Origin: Eledone cirrhosa
Taxonomy: Eukaryota
Direction of reading: 5' to 3'
DNA: 64,000 bases
Assembly: GCA_964016885.1 (NCBI GenBank)
Contig: OZ024741.1
Span: 271,064,001 to 271,128,000, forward strand
The notes under the pieces were generated by a model that had not been told where the DNA came from, made no database searches, and saw only the letters and a program-made list of their open reading frames with translations. The translations under genes and the position numbers were made by a program. Below are positions 1 to 13,392 of this stretch, one piece after another; the stretch's first letter is position 1; each line of letters begins with the position of its first letter.

Positions 1-1815
1 CCACCCAACCACCCACCCAACCACCCAACCACCCAACCATCCAACCAACCATCCAACCAACCAACCACACACCCACCCAACCACCCACCCACCCACCCAC
101 CCAACCAACCAACCACCCACCCACACAACCACCCAACCACCCACCCACCCACCCAACCACCCAACCAATCACCCAACCACCCAACCACCCAACCATCCAA
201 CCAACCATCCAACCAACCAACCACCCACCCACCCAACCACCCACCCACCCACCCAACCACCCAACCACCCAACCACCAAACCAACCACCCAACCACCCAA
301 CCACCCAACCACCCAACCACCCAACCATCCAACCAACCACCCACCCAACCAACCACCCAACCACCCACCCAACCAACAACCCAACCAACCAACCACCCAA
401 CCACCCAACCACCCAACCAACCACCCAACAAACCAACCATCCAACCACCAAACCAACTAAGCAACCAACCATCCAACCAACCACCCAACCAACCAACCAC
501 ACAACCAACCACCCAACCAATCAACCAACCAACCATTCAAGCAACCAACCATCCAACCAACCACCCACTAACCTACCCACCCAACCAACCACCCAACCAC
601 CCACCCAACCTACAACCCAACCAACCAACCAACCACCCAACCAACCAACCAACCACCCAACCAACTACCCAATCAACCACCCACCCAGCCACCCAACCAC
701 CCAACCACCCACCCACCCACCCAACCACCCACCCAGCCACCCAACCATCCAACCAACCACCCAACCACCCAACCACCCACCCAACCACCCAACCACCCAA
801 CCACCCACCCAGCCACCCAACCACCCAACCACCCAACCAATCACCCAACCACCCACCCAGCCACCCAACCACCCAACCACCCAACCAACCACCCAACCAA
901 CCACCCAACCAACCAACCACCCGCCCACCCAACCACCCATCAACCAATCACCCAACCACCCAACCACCCAACCAACCACCCAACCAACCAACCAACCACC
1001 CAACCAACCACCCAACCACCCAACCACCCACCCACCCACCCAACCACCCAACCAACCACCCAACCACCCAAACACCCAACCATCCAACCAACCATCCAAC
1101 CAACCAACCACCCACCCACACAACCACCCACCCACCACCCAACCACCCACCCACCCACCCAACCACCCAACCAACCACCCAACCACCCAACCACCCAACC
1201 ATCCAACCAACCACCCAACCAACCAACCACCCACCCACCCAACCACCCACCCACCCACCCAACCACCCAACCACCCAACCACCCAACCATCCAACCAACC
1301 ACCCAACCAACCACCCACCCACCCACCCAACCAACCACCCAACCACCCAACCACCCAACCAACCAACCACCCACCCACCCAACCACCCACCCACCCACCC
1401 AACCACCCAACCACCCAACCACCCAACCATCCAACCAACCACCCAACCAACCACCCACCCACCCACCCACCCACCCAACCAACCAACCACCCAACCACCC
1501 AACCACCCAACCACCCAACCACCCAACCAACCACCCAACCACCCAACCACCCACCCAACCAACCACCCAACCACCCAACCACCCACCCAACCAACCACCC
1601 AACCACCCAACCACCCAATTATCCAACCAACCACCCAACCACCCAACCAACCAACCACCCACCCACCCAACCACCCAACCAACCACCCAACCACCCAACC
1701 ATCCAACCAACCATCCAACCAACCAACCACCCAACCACCCAACCACCCAACCATCCAACCAACCACACAACCAACCACCCAACCACCCAACCAACCACCG
1801 AACCACCCAACCACC

Positions 1816-1847
<32 letters not shown>

Positions 1848-1970
1848 CAACCAACCAACCACCCAACCAACCACCCAACCACCCACCCAACCAACCACCC
1901 AACCACCCAACCACCCAACCATCCAACCAACCAACCAACCACCCAACCAACCACCCAACCAACCACCCAA

Positions 1971-2002
<32 letters not shown>

Positions 2003-2158
2003 CCACCCAACCACCCAACCACCCAACCATCCAACCAACCAACCAACCACCCAACCAACCACCCAACCACCCACCCAACCAACCACCCAACCACCCACCC
2101 AACCAACCACCCAACCACCCAACCAACCAACCAACCAACCACCCAACCAACCACCCAA

Positions 2159-2190
<32 letters not shown>

Positions 2191-2226
2191 CCACCCAACC
2201 ACCCAACCACCCAACCATCCAACCAG
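1..2226. repeat. Compound tetranucleotide satellite (CCAA/CCAC/CCAT)n
   Basis: Continuous mixture of CCAA, CCAC and occasional CCAT units; the W/G/V/L-rich ORFs are artefacts. Confidence 0.97.
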
Positions 2227-2413
2227 CCTCTGCAACACTATCCTGTCATTCTAAACAGTTAATGACGCAGAAAGAACTTCAGATATCGCGAGATTTAATT
2301 AAAATGAAACTCCTCCCCCGCCATAACACCGCCACCTCCCCCTAGAAAGGCACCCCTCCCCTTCTCCTCTCCCGTCTACCAGAGATATACATAAGCATTG
2401 TCGGCGTCAATGT

Positions 2414-2953
2414 CTTGTTGTTGCTGTTGTTGTATCATGGTGATGGTTTTGGTGGCGGCGGGCGGCGGTGGTAGTGGTGGTGGTGGTGGCGGCGGTGGTA
2501 GTGTTGCTGATGGTGGTTTTGGCGGCGGCGGTGGTAGTGGTGGTGGTGGTGGTGGTGGTGGTGGTGGTGGTGGTGGTGGTTATGTGGTGGTGATGGTGGT
2601 GGTAGTTATGATGGTCGTGATGGTATTGGTGATGGTGTTAGTCATGGTGATTGTGATGGTGGTGATTGGTGGTGGTAGTGGTGGGGGTGTTGGTGATGGT
2701 AATGGTAATGATGATGGTGATGGTGATGGTGTAAGTGATGGTGTAAGTGATGGTGGTGGTGATGGTGATGATGCTGTTGTTCGTAAGAGTGATGGTGCTG
2801 GTGATGATGATGTTGGTAATGGTGATGGTGATGGTGATAGTGATGATGATGGTAATGATGACGGTGATGATGATGATGGTGAGGGTGAGGGTGGTGATGG
2901 TAACAGTTGTGAGAACAGTGACAATGATAATGGTGCTGCTGGTGATGATGATG
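2414..2953. repeat. Degenerate trinucleotide repeat (GGT/GAT/GGC)n
   Basis: Runs of GGT, GAT and GGC. Confidence 0.9.
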
Positions 2954-3018
2954 GCTTTTCAACTGTGACCTGACATCAAAGGATGTTCGAACGAAACCTA
3001 GACGAAATAAAGATAACG

Positions 3019-3052
<34 letters not shown>

Positions 3053-3080
3053 GTATGTATATATATGTATATATATGTAG

Positions 3081-3141
<61 letters not shown>

Positions 3142-3175
3142 GTATATATATGTATATATATATATATAAATGTAT

Positions 3176-3517
<342 letters not shown>

Positions 3518-3618
3518 CGTGTATACACATATACACACACACACATATATATAGATAGATATATATGTAAAAGGTAAACAGAAATAACAAAGCAAACGAC
3601 ACTGTAGAAGGAAGAAAT

Positions 3619-3673
<55 letters not shown>

Positions 3674-3944
3674 TTCGTATATAAATATATATACTTCGTA
3701 TATATATATATATCTCCTCCACCCATCTTATCGCTGTCCTATCACCGATATCACCACCACCACCACCACCACTGTTCGTTTATCTAATTCTAAGAGGAAA
3801 TAAAATGGTAATTATTTCTTAATTAGGGACATACACATATACACACACATATTTACATAGATACACACATACATAGATACATACATAGATACAATCATAC
3901 ATCCATACATACATCCATACATACATAGATAGATACATACATAC

Positions 3945-3975
<31 letters not shown>

Positions 3976-3986
3976 TGTATGTATAT

Positions 3987-4073
<87 letters not shown>

Positions 4074-4075
<2 letters not shown>

Positions 4076-4560
4076 AGGTTTTTGATATTAAATCGTGTGT
4101 CGAAACAAATACTGTTATACTTGGGGAGGGTCATATTGTTGTAATATTTGGTGGATTGGCAGTATCGGTAGAGGGTCGGACGCCATGCTTTTGACATATA
4201 GAGTTACGGCCCTTGCCATTCTGAGTTCAAATCCCGCCGAGGTTAACTTTGCCTTTTATCCTTACGGGGTCGATAAAATAAAGTACCAGTAATGTACTGG
4301 GTAATTGCTGGCCTTGTGCCAAAAGTAGAAACAATATTGCCAGAAATAATAACAGAACACACTCACTGTTTGGTTGGTTTTCGCTCTTGTATCTTTTGTA
4401 TCTCCATAGTTAATTTATTTGGCAATCAATGTTTATCATTGATTGACCAGCGGTATATATTTTAGTCTAACAAAGTTCTTTCGTTGCACATCTGCAACAT
4501 CATCAATGGTACTATTATGTTCCCTCCTATTGTATTGTAATGTCTACGCCATTTTTATTG
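4074..4560 (-). mobile_element. PLE pLTR fragment, family F, interrupted by a SINE
   Basis: Matches 52853-53150 and 50001-50230; SINE inserted at about 4150-4336. Confidence 0.7.
4150..4336 (+). mobile_element. tRNA-derived SINE
   Basis: A-box-like TGGCAGTATCGGTAG, B-box GTTCAAATCCC, conserved GGGGTCGATAAAATAAAGTACCAG core; more than 10 copies in the window. Confidence 0.85.
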
Positions 4561-5280
4561 GCAATAATCGGTAGAGCGTCGGACAACATGCTTTGTAGCA
4601 TAGAGTTACGTACCTTTACATTCTGAGTTCAAATCCCACCGAGGTCAGCTTTGACTTTCATTCTGACAGGGTCGATAAAATAAAGTACCAGTAACATACT
4701 GGGATCGATTTAATTGACTTTTCCCTCCCCGAAAATTGTTCGCCTTGTGCCTAAATTAGAAACTATTATGCTTAGCAGCATAGAGTTACGGCCCTTTATG
4801 ATCTGGGTTCAAATCCTGCCGCGGTTAACTTTGCCTTTCATTCTTACGGGGTCGATAAAATAAAGTACCAGTAATGTACTGGAGTCGATTTAATCGATTT
4901 TCCCCTCCCCCAAAATTGTTGTCTTTGTGCCTAAAATAGAAACAGTATCGGTAGAGGTTCGGACGGCCTGCTTTGCGGCATAGAGTTATGTCTCTTTACG
5001 GTCTGAGTTCAAATCCCGCCGGGGTTAACTTTGCTTTTTCTCCTTACGGGGTCGATAAAATAAAGTACCAGTAATACACTGGGGTAATTGCTGGCCTTGT
5101 GCCAAAAGTAGAAACAATAATCATTAATAGTAGTATCAAACAATTGAGGTGATGTCCCTTTACATTCTGAGTTTAAATCCCTTTACCTTTCATCTTTACA
5201 GGGTTGATTAAGTACCAGTAATACACTCGGGTAGATGTAATCGACCCCCCCTCCGCTTGTGCTTCAATAAAAAACCATTA
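4557..5280 (+). mobile_element. Head-to-tail cluster of about four tRNA-SINE copies
   Basis: Repeated GTTCAAATCC...GTCGATAAAATAAAGTACCAGTAA...TTGTGCC..AGAAAC units near 4557, 4770, 4945 and 5150. Confidence 0.85.
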
Positions 5281-5362
5281 ACAACAACAACTGTAGTAAT
5301 GTCTCCCCCCCTTACTGTAGCAACAGTTAAAGCAAACATTATTGTTTATTGTTATTCTTGTG

Positions 5363-5395
<33 letters not shown>

Positions 5396-5725
5396 GGTGG
5401 TGGTGGTGGTGGTGGTGGTGGTGGTGGTGGTAGTAGTAGTAGTAGTGGTGGTGGTGGTGGTAGTAGTAGTAATAGTAGTAGCAGTAGTAGTAGTTGTAGT
5501 ATCTTTCAAAGTGTTAGAGAAAATAAGGCATACACACAGAGTACCCCCCCCCCCATATATATATATACAGAGAGAGAAATGGGGATGGAGGGAGGTGGAG
5601 GGGGAGAGGGAGCGAGCGAAAATTAAAAGGTTAACGTTGGTCTCAGTTTACCATCCTCTTATCTATCTTTCCACCCATCTATCCGACCACCTAACCAGCC
5701 AACCAGCCATCCATCCATCTATCTA

Positions 5726-5778
<53 letters not shown>

Positions 5779-5819
5779 ATCTATCTATCTATCTGTCTGT
5801 CTGTCTATCTATCTATCTA

Positions 5820-6183
5820 AGTATTACTTTAGAAGGAGAATCAGGGGGGAGAGAGAGGCACTGCACCCCAGTAAATTTACTGAAAGGTGGGTGATTGAAG
5901 CAAAAATGGCCCGAGTGATTGTGCCTTCTCTGTTTATAAGCCTGTAGGTTGAGGAAGAGAGCAAAAGGAAGAAAGGAGCACTTGCACAACACGCTCCTGG
6001 AGTTGAGGGTTGTTTTATCGACGGGGTATTAAACAACCCATTTGTGGCGCCTCCCCCCTATTGGGGATTTCGATTGTTGTAATTGTTTGTTTTTATATTT
6101 TTTACACGACTGTATGTAAAATCCCCGGCATGTCTTTGTATTGTCCCCTTTTCTTGTTGCGCCCTTGTGGCTAATAAAGAAAT
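5820..6183 (+). mobile_element. 5'-truncated Tx1/L1 3' end in (CTAT)n
   Basis: Nearly identical to 45347-45710; (CTAT)n on both sides. Confidence 0.9.
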
Positions 6184-6251
6184 CTATCTATCTATCTATC
6201 TATCTATCTGTCTATCTATCTATCTATCCGTCTGTCTGTCTATCTATCTAT

Positions 6252-6432
6252 CCACGGGGGTGTAAAACAACCCTGCAGTAACGTTCCCCCTATTGGGGAT
6301 TTCAATTGTTATTTTATTATATATAGTTTATTGTTATTTATTAATGTTAAAGTTATATGATTTTTATGTAAAACCCCCGCCGTCACGTCTTGTAATGTCC
6401 CATTTTTGTACGCCCTTGTGGCAAATAAAGAA

Positions 6433-6434
<2 letters not shown>
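6252..6434 (+). mobile_element. Short Tx1/L1 3'-UTR fragment of another subfamily in (CTAT)n
   Basis: Ends GCCCTTGTGGCAAATAAAGAAAT(CTAT)n; overlaps in sequence with the 54470-54505 copy. Confidence 0.8.
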
Positions 6435-6489
<55 letters not shown>

Positions 6490-6627
6490 ACCAGCCATAC
6501 AACCATCCATCCATTATCCGATAACCTACCCAGCCAGCCAACCATCCAGCCAGTCATCCACCCTTAATGCTTACCCCAATTAATCTCCTACTGTTAAACA
6601 GACCCACCCTTACCTATTACATCTCCA

Positions 6628-6848
6628 CCTACGACGATGACAACGACGACGACGACGACCACCACCACCACGACGACCACCACCACCATCACTACGACCA
6701 CGTCGACGACGACGACGACGACGACCACCACCACCACTACCACCACTACAGACATCACCACCATCACCACTACCACCCCAACCACTACGATCACGACCAC
6801 AGACATCACCACGACGACCACCAACACCACCACCACCACCGCCGCCGT
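6628..6848. repeat. (ACG/ACC)n trinucleotide repeat
   Basis: Runs of GAC and CAC. Confidence 0.9.
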
Positions 6849-7513
6849 GGCTAAACAAATTACCATTTAATGTGCTTGTTTATTCTGGGTTAGAAAGGTG
6901 GGGCGGGGCGTGGGGGATAGAAGAGGGGCGTTGATAGACTGAAGGATTCATAGATAGAAAGATAAATGTATACATATACATATACACGTACATACATACA
7001 TATATATATATTGATATCTATCTCTCTACATCATCTTTCTATCCCACCCCTTCATTTTCTCCCTCTCCCTCTCCCACTCTCTAAACACACACACACACAC
7101 ATATACATATTCAAATTAAGGGTCGCACAGAACAAAGACAATAAAATAACAACGAAAAGATTCCTCAGTCAACCTCTGGAAATCACTGCGGTTTCGGTTT
7201 TGAAGGTTAATACCTTTCATTCCAGTACACATTGAGACATAACAAAACAGGTAGTGACAAGTTATGTCTTTAGGCAAGTTACACAAATATTGAAGAAACA
7301 ATATTCCAAGTACGTTAACTGACAAAGAAGGGAGAGAACGGTGCATGAGGACTTAGACAAAGGAGGAAACTATAGAAAGGAGAGAAATAGAAAAACAGAA
7401 GAGAATAATAAGGAATGCAGTACAACGTGTAGACAAGCGTAGAAAAGATAAGAAGGGGGAATAGGGGAAGACAGATTGGGCGATGCGATGTCTATTATAT
7501 GATAGTTATATAC

Positions 7514-7602
<89 letters not shown>

Positions 7603-7639
7603 AATATCCACGGTAAGTTGTGGGGGTCTAGTCTGCATG

Positions 7640-8070
7640 AAGAAACTCAATGTAATCAATATGTTGAAAATGTTGTAGGTTAAAATAAATCCCGGAAAAC
7701 AATAAAACATCAGAAGGATGTTATTTTAATATATATAAGGCTCGTTGGGGAAGTAAATTTTCCTGTCCGCTGGCTTCTAGAAGTCTCATATATTTTTATG
7801 TGAGCTGATAGAGGGCAGTTTAAGGATTTACAGAAACCCAAGAAGCTAGATTTACCATCTTTCTAGCGGGTCCGGGTATGCTTTTTACATTCATTTGATT
7901 TATTGATTTTTTGATATTTTTTTCTGAATGTCCCGAATCTTCCAGATCGCAATCTTTCGGTCGTACGGTTGATTATAGACTTGTTCTATGTGTGACGGTA
8001 TTTTAACGATAGTTATAGCTCTGATTTATCTGAATTATTGAGCCCTCTGCCGCTCATATCGAATTTTGTT
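7640..8070 (+). pseudogene. Highly degraded PLE GIY-YIG C-terminal remnant
   Basis: Broken frames giving NIYKA, FYV..(L)IEGQFK and SELLSP, reminiscent of the Naiad endonuclease. Confidence 0.35.
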
Positions 8071-8112
8071 TATCGTGAACTCGTGCGCCGATTTTTCGAT
8101 ACTCGATTATTC

Positions 8113-8185
<73 letters not shown>

Positions 8186-8189
8186 TATA

Positions 8190-8252
8190 ACAGATTAAAG
8201 TTTAAGCTTTCACCCTTAACGGGATCTTCTGAAACTAACAAAGTCAATCTGT
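8190..8252 (-). ncRNA. Type-I hammerhead motif, family B, with minimal palindromic stem III
   Basis: acagattga..agttt-CAGAAGA-tcccgttaagggt-GAAA-gc-TT-aaact-ttaatctgt. Confidence 0.65.
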
Positions 8253-9174
8253 AAACGCAGAAGTGGATATTTCAAAAAACGTTGCAACCGGAGGAAGACA
8301 GGAAGACGATACTTTGGTTCGTGGTAACATTCCCTGGCAAAGAACGGGAAGAACGAATATAATACGTCATTAATAGGAGCGGTGAAAAACAATTACGCGC
8401 AAAGACAGAACCACGTTTATGGTATAAAAGAAGTCGTAGACTAATGTTCTCTTATGTGGTTCATAGAGACGTTCTCTGGCAATGAACGGGAAAAAAACGA
8501 AGATAATACGTCATATGTGGAACGTGGAGAACAATTGCACGCAAAGACAAAACCACGTAAATGGTATAGCTGAAGTCGTAGACTAAAATTCTAACTAGGG
8601 AACCGAATGAATCTCCGCTTCAGAGTAATAAAGTAAATAAAATACAATACAGAGGTAATAGAAAATAAATAAATGCATACACGCATGCAAATACGTACAT
8701 ACACAAGCATACGCGAAAACACCTGCCATAGGTATACAAAACCACGCACATATAAATATGTGTGTGTGTGCGTGTATACAAATAAATAAATAATTAAATA
8801 AACGTATATAAATAAATAAATACGTATATAACAAACGCACACACATACCTACATGTAAATACACAAATGTTCGGAGACGTACGTCAACCAAAACATGAAG
8901 TACACATATACACCCACCCTACATACGTACGAACCTGCAAACTCACACAGACGCAAACTCCTGTATATACATAACCAAACCATATGTACCAGAATATATT
9001 AAAAAAATATTATACGCCATAACATATACAATCAAATATACGTACGAAAAAGTATACGTACCTTCACAAAACATACAGGTAATATATACTTACCTATGCA
9101 AATAAGTAATGGTATAAACAAAACATATACTTAACTACCACATCAAGACGTAAAATATCCACGTATAGATCGTA

Positions 9175-11299
9175 CTATCCGTTAGGGTATAACGTGGGGC
9201 TGTAATACAGGAAAGTGTTGTGCAATTTATGTTTACAAGCCGAAATTGCCTCAGATTTTTTGTTTAAGATGTGGTCTGTGGCGTAGAGTATTTCCAGGGC
9301 CTCAGCGGCGCAGAGGTCACATGGTCTTTTATTTCCGTTATACGATCTAGCCCTAGCTAGGATCTCCCAGTGTAACTTAAATTTGGGTGTGGTTGTCTTT
9401 TAGACTCCAGATATCAGCTGAAAGTGACGCCATATTCCTTCTTAGAGGGTAACGAAAAGAATGGGTATGCATGTAAAGACGCTGCTTGAATCTATTGGCG
9501 GTTAACCCTATGTAGGCCCTACGGGACGTGGGTGTTTCAACCTTACATTTGTAGACAATGTTACTAGAGAGGCATTTCCCGGATAGGGGGCAATCAACCC
9601 GATTCCTACAATTACAGTTAGTACTAACTACAGGGTTGCACGTGTTCCTACGGCTAGGTAGTTTAGCTAAATTTGAAGCTGTGATGTTATGTGCAAGGTT
9701 AGGAGTCGTAGAGTAAGAAATTTTAATAGTATTTCTATTAAAATGTTTACTATATTTATGTGTAGGGGGAAAATGCTTCGTAATAAGGGGAAGAAAGATC
9801 TTAGCTAATGGTGTGGCCACCTCAATATTATATGGTGGGTTATACCAACAAATGCGACGGGATCTATTTCTTCTAGGTCTATTTTCGTACTCTGTATATG
9901 CTACCTCATCGACAAATCCACTCCGAGCAAGAGCTTCATTGTAATAAGTGGAATGGTCGTTGAAAATATGCTCGTTAGTAGATAGACGGGAAAGCCTCAA
10001 TGAAACGTTTCTTACCAGGTTCTTGGTTATGCTGGCAGGATGGTTGGAATGCTTACTTATGTAATTAAGCGTATCATTCGGCTTTCTATACGGGTAATAC
10101 AACCCATCCGATAAATTGAGGGTAACGTCGAGGTAATTAACGACCGAGAGATTGGCCTCAACCTGTATAGAGAGGCCTTTAAAGAAGGCTGTGAGTTCTT
10201 TTCTGCACCTGTCGCAAGCACGAGATCCGCACTTAGTTATGGTAAAAAAACCATCATCACGGTACAAACCACCGCCCGCGTTGGGGAATTCGTCCTTGAT
10301 AGAGAAAAGAAGGAAAAGGCCGATAAGATCAGTAACCTCCGCAGAATCGCTGGCGCCCATACTCATGTCGAATGGGGTACTATTGGATTTTTTAATCCAA
10401 ATAGAGTCGTCGAAATTAATCACCGACTTTCGGGCATTGAGGATGACATCAACTTCGAAATCCTTAACCACTGTGAGTGTTTTAGCGAAATTGATAGCTC
10501 TAAGAAGAAGTGGTAAAGTGATGGAGGAGTAGTAATTGTTGATGTCGAATTGGATAAAACGGCAATGTTCCTTGTTGCATATGCCGTTGAACCAATCAAT
10601 CACCGCGAAATAATTGTTCCACAGTGCAAGAGGGGCCAAACCTCTAATTTCAGGTATAATTCTATCAAGAATCCTTTTACTAAGTCTACCTAAATCGGAC
10701 TTCGTAGGGTTAATAAGCCGAATAGAGGGGTTGTTCGGAAAATTGGATTTGTGATCCTTCAGGGAAAAGTGGGGAGAAATAGGGTCCAGAGGTTCGGTTC
10801 GGTCCAGGATGTTGAGATCAGATGTGATTTTAAACCCAGCATCGTTGATTTCATTGATGACGCATCGATTAGTTTTACGGTAATCCTTAGTTACAGCATT
10901 ATGTAGTAGTTGATGGTAAGTACTGCGTTCCACTTGATATAGGTTGCCAGTTTTGTCGGAATGGACGAGCACGGCATTAGAATCCTTAATAGAACGAATT
11001 CTATTCTTCAGGTCCTGCTGGAAGGAATTGCTCCTATTCCGAAATTTGATACTCCGCATGAGTTCCAAGACGTCATTTTCGAAGGGTAGCAATGCTGGGT
11101 TACACGGGGGGTTATTATAGGTTTTAAACCCAAATTCATCCTGTTTGTTGTCTGCTTTTCGCGGATTATCGAAATAGAAGGCACGCCAACGCAACCTTTT
11201 AATGAACGCGTCTGTTTTCTGTATCAGAAGTTTTAGGTATGTTTTCCTGCTTGGTACGGGTATGTTCTTTGTAGAAATATTCAGATGTTGTTTCTGCAT
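9175..11299 (-). pseudogene. PLE reverse transcriptase / GIY-YIG endonuclease ORF with one frameshift near 9385
   Basis: STKNIP..KRLRWRAF N-terminus; FIQFDI..YYSSI; MGASDSAEVTDL; GLYRDDG; NYLDVTL; CNCR..CPL..C; IVYKC..YIG. After the shift it reads WEILARARSY..CDLC..E..LNKKSE..CKH to a TAG at 9175-9177. Confidence 0.92.
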
Positions 11300-11541
11300 G
11301 ATGAATATAAGTCAATAGAGTGCTCAACCGAGGGAGCCAAATAGTAATAATAATAAATTTGAAGACTAAAATCCAAAGGGAGCTCGATAAGGATAAATAT
11401 ATATCAAATATATAAGAACCAAATGACGTATTATATTCGTTTTTTCCCGTTCTTTGCCAGGGAACGTCTCCACGAACCAAAGTATCGTCTTCCTGTCTTA
11501 TTCCGGTTGCAACGTTTTTTGAAATATCCACTTCTGCGTTT

Positions 11542-11617
11542 ACAGGTTGACTTTGTTAGTTTCAGAAGACCCCGTTAAGGGTGAAAGCAGCGATTCTTTG
11601 CTTAAACTTTAATCTGT
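11542..11617 (+). ncRNA. Type-I hammerhead motif, family B
   Basis: Distal stem I acaggttga/ttaatctgt; proximal stem I agttt/aaact; core CAGAAGA; stem II ccc/ggg; GAAA; stem III agca/tgct; CUU site. Confidence 0.7.
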
Positions 11618-11712
11618 TATTTTAATAAATATTTGGTCTACGGTTCTTATATATTTGATATATATTTATCCTTATCGAGCCCTCTTTGGATTTTAGTCTT
11701 CAAATTTTTGTT

Positions 11713-11845
11713 CAGAATTAGCCGTCGAAACGGCTTGAGCTCAGCCGTCGGGGTCCTACTCGTTCCTATTACCCACTCTACTACCGTAAGTATTGAGTAC
11801 TTTGGTGAGTAATGGTCCACCTGGTTCCTTACCACATTTCCTTCG

Positions 11846-11848
<3 letters not shown>
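11713..11848 (+). mobile_element. PLE pLTR fragment, family C, carrying the 3' half of a hammerhead
   Basis: GAAA-cggct..agccg-TC then ACTCTAC..GTATTGAGTAC; ends in (TA)n. Confidence 0.65.
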
Positions 11849-11892
<44 letters not shown>

Positions 11893-12639
11893 CGAAACAT
11901 AAGTCAATTGCATTAACTCATAATCCTTTATTTACTGCTATATATATTTTGATGATAGCCATTGTATTGCTATGACCTCACCAGGCAGTTAGTAAGTTCT
12001 TAGATATGCTAGCTCTGGGTTTTTGGTGTTGATGGTTTTAGAGCCTTGGGATATATATATATATGGTAGTTATCTAACAGCTTTCCCCCTCTCCACGCAA
12101 CTCTTTGAATTTCCAATACAGCCTGTATGTTTTTTTGTGCTACATAGCTTGGGTTGGGTAGCAGAGAGAGGACTAACTAGTGTTGCTCTTTGTCCTGCTT
12201 TGTTTCACCACATTTTCAGGTAACTGAACCAGACAGACTTATAGCCCCAAATGACCAAACCAGTATTTACTAGTCCCGTACTTATAAGACCAGGAGTGAG
12301 ATCTTAAGAAGGGAAGATTTCCATGTCAGTCTGAGGTGGGTCCTTCTTAAGTTTTCTCCAGAAACATGGCGTATATCTTACAAAACAACGCCAAGTTGCA
12401 ACACATACAACATCCATAGAAAAATAAAACAATACCCACCACAAACTCTTCCATTAAATCATCTCACGTTTTACTAATATAAAATTAAAGAAACTAAAAT
12501 TAATATTAAGAATTAGAAATTAATTTAAAACAACCGCAGACATTCTGGTAGAGAGGCGACAGACTTCTTCAGGTTGCAGCTTTCACAAACATCTGGTTTC
12601 TCTGACGAATGTGGCGACCATATATATATATACATATAT

Positions 12640-12798
12640 ATGGTAAGGAACCAGGTGGACCAAAACGCACCAAAGTACTCAATACTTAGGGTAGTAGAGT
12701 GGGTAATAGGAACGAGTAGGACCGCTAATTCTGGACTCAGTCCAGAATTAGCCGTCGAAACGGCTTGAGCTCAGCCGTCGGGGTCCTACTCGTTCCTA
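12640..12798. mobile_element. Fold-back pLTR fragment, family C, in (TA)n
   Basis: Inverted arms around GCTAATTCTGGACT-C-AGTCCAGAATTAGC. Confidence 0.7.
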
Positions 12799-12938
12799 TA
12801 TATATATATATATATATAATTAAAGAAAGAAGAGTAACATGGTTGGCTGTACAATAAGGGCTTTATTCGCAGTGCTGACAATTGTTTCGTTGATCTGGAC
12901 TACCTCTAAGTGGATTACCTATAACGATAACTTGTTAT

Positions 12939-13038
<100 letters not shown>

Positions 13039-13070
13039 AACATATATTATATATATCATATATATATATT

Positions 13071-13104
<34 letters not shown>

Positions 13105-13339
13105 CGCGTACGTATACATATACATTATACATATATGTTTATATATATATATATATATGAATTCATATAACTGCTCTGTAAATCATCTGATGTTTTTACA
13201 TTGAGCTACTTAACTTACTGGTAATAAGGTAGTAATACATTACTGCCTACCACTATTTAGGGTTTGTATAAAAATATATATAACTGCAAAAGGTTTTTGT
13301 ATTTACATAACCATAAATAGTATAATTAATACTAATTAA

Positions 13340-13392
<53 letters not shown>

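Larger units (their letters stand above)
8182..11707 (-). mobile_element. Penelope-like element (Naiad-type), near full length, with 3' pLTR and inverted 5' pLTR
   Basis: RT plus C-terminal GIY-YIG ORF; the 3' end (8182-8370, minus) recurs inverted at 11422-11625; 11643-11707 is an inverted copy of the 5' leader 11354-11420; the 3' end abuts (TA)n. Confidence 0.9.

Noticed and set aside
169-2238. Long W/G/V/L-rich ORFs
   Set aside because: Stop-free translations of the (GGTT/GGGT)n satellite in all frames; not TTAGGG telomeric repeat either
4150-4240. tRNA genes
   Set aside because: A and B boxes belong to SINE heads; no cloverleaf
9175-11299. Selenoprotein-type Naiad (in-frame UGA plus SECIS)
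   Set aside because: No in-frame TGA in the ORF; the interruption is a frameshift, and I saw no convincing SECIS in the 3' UTR
12540-12615. Possible hammerhead (CTGAAGA on minus, CTGACGA on plus)
   Set aside because: Could not assemble stems I-III in a valid order
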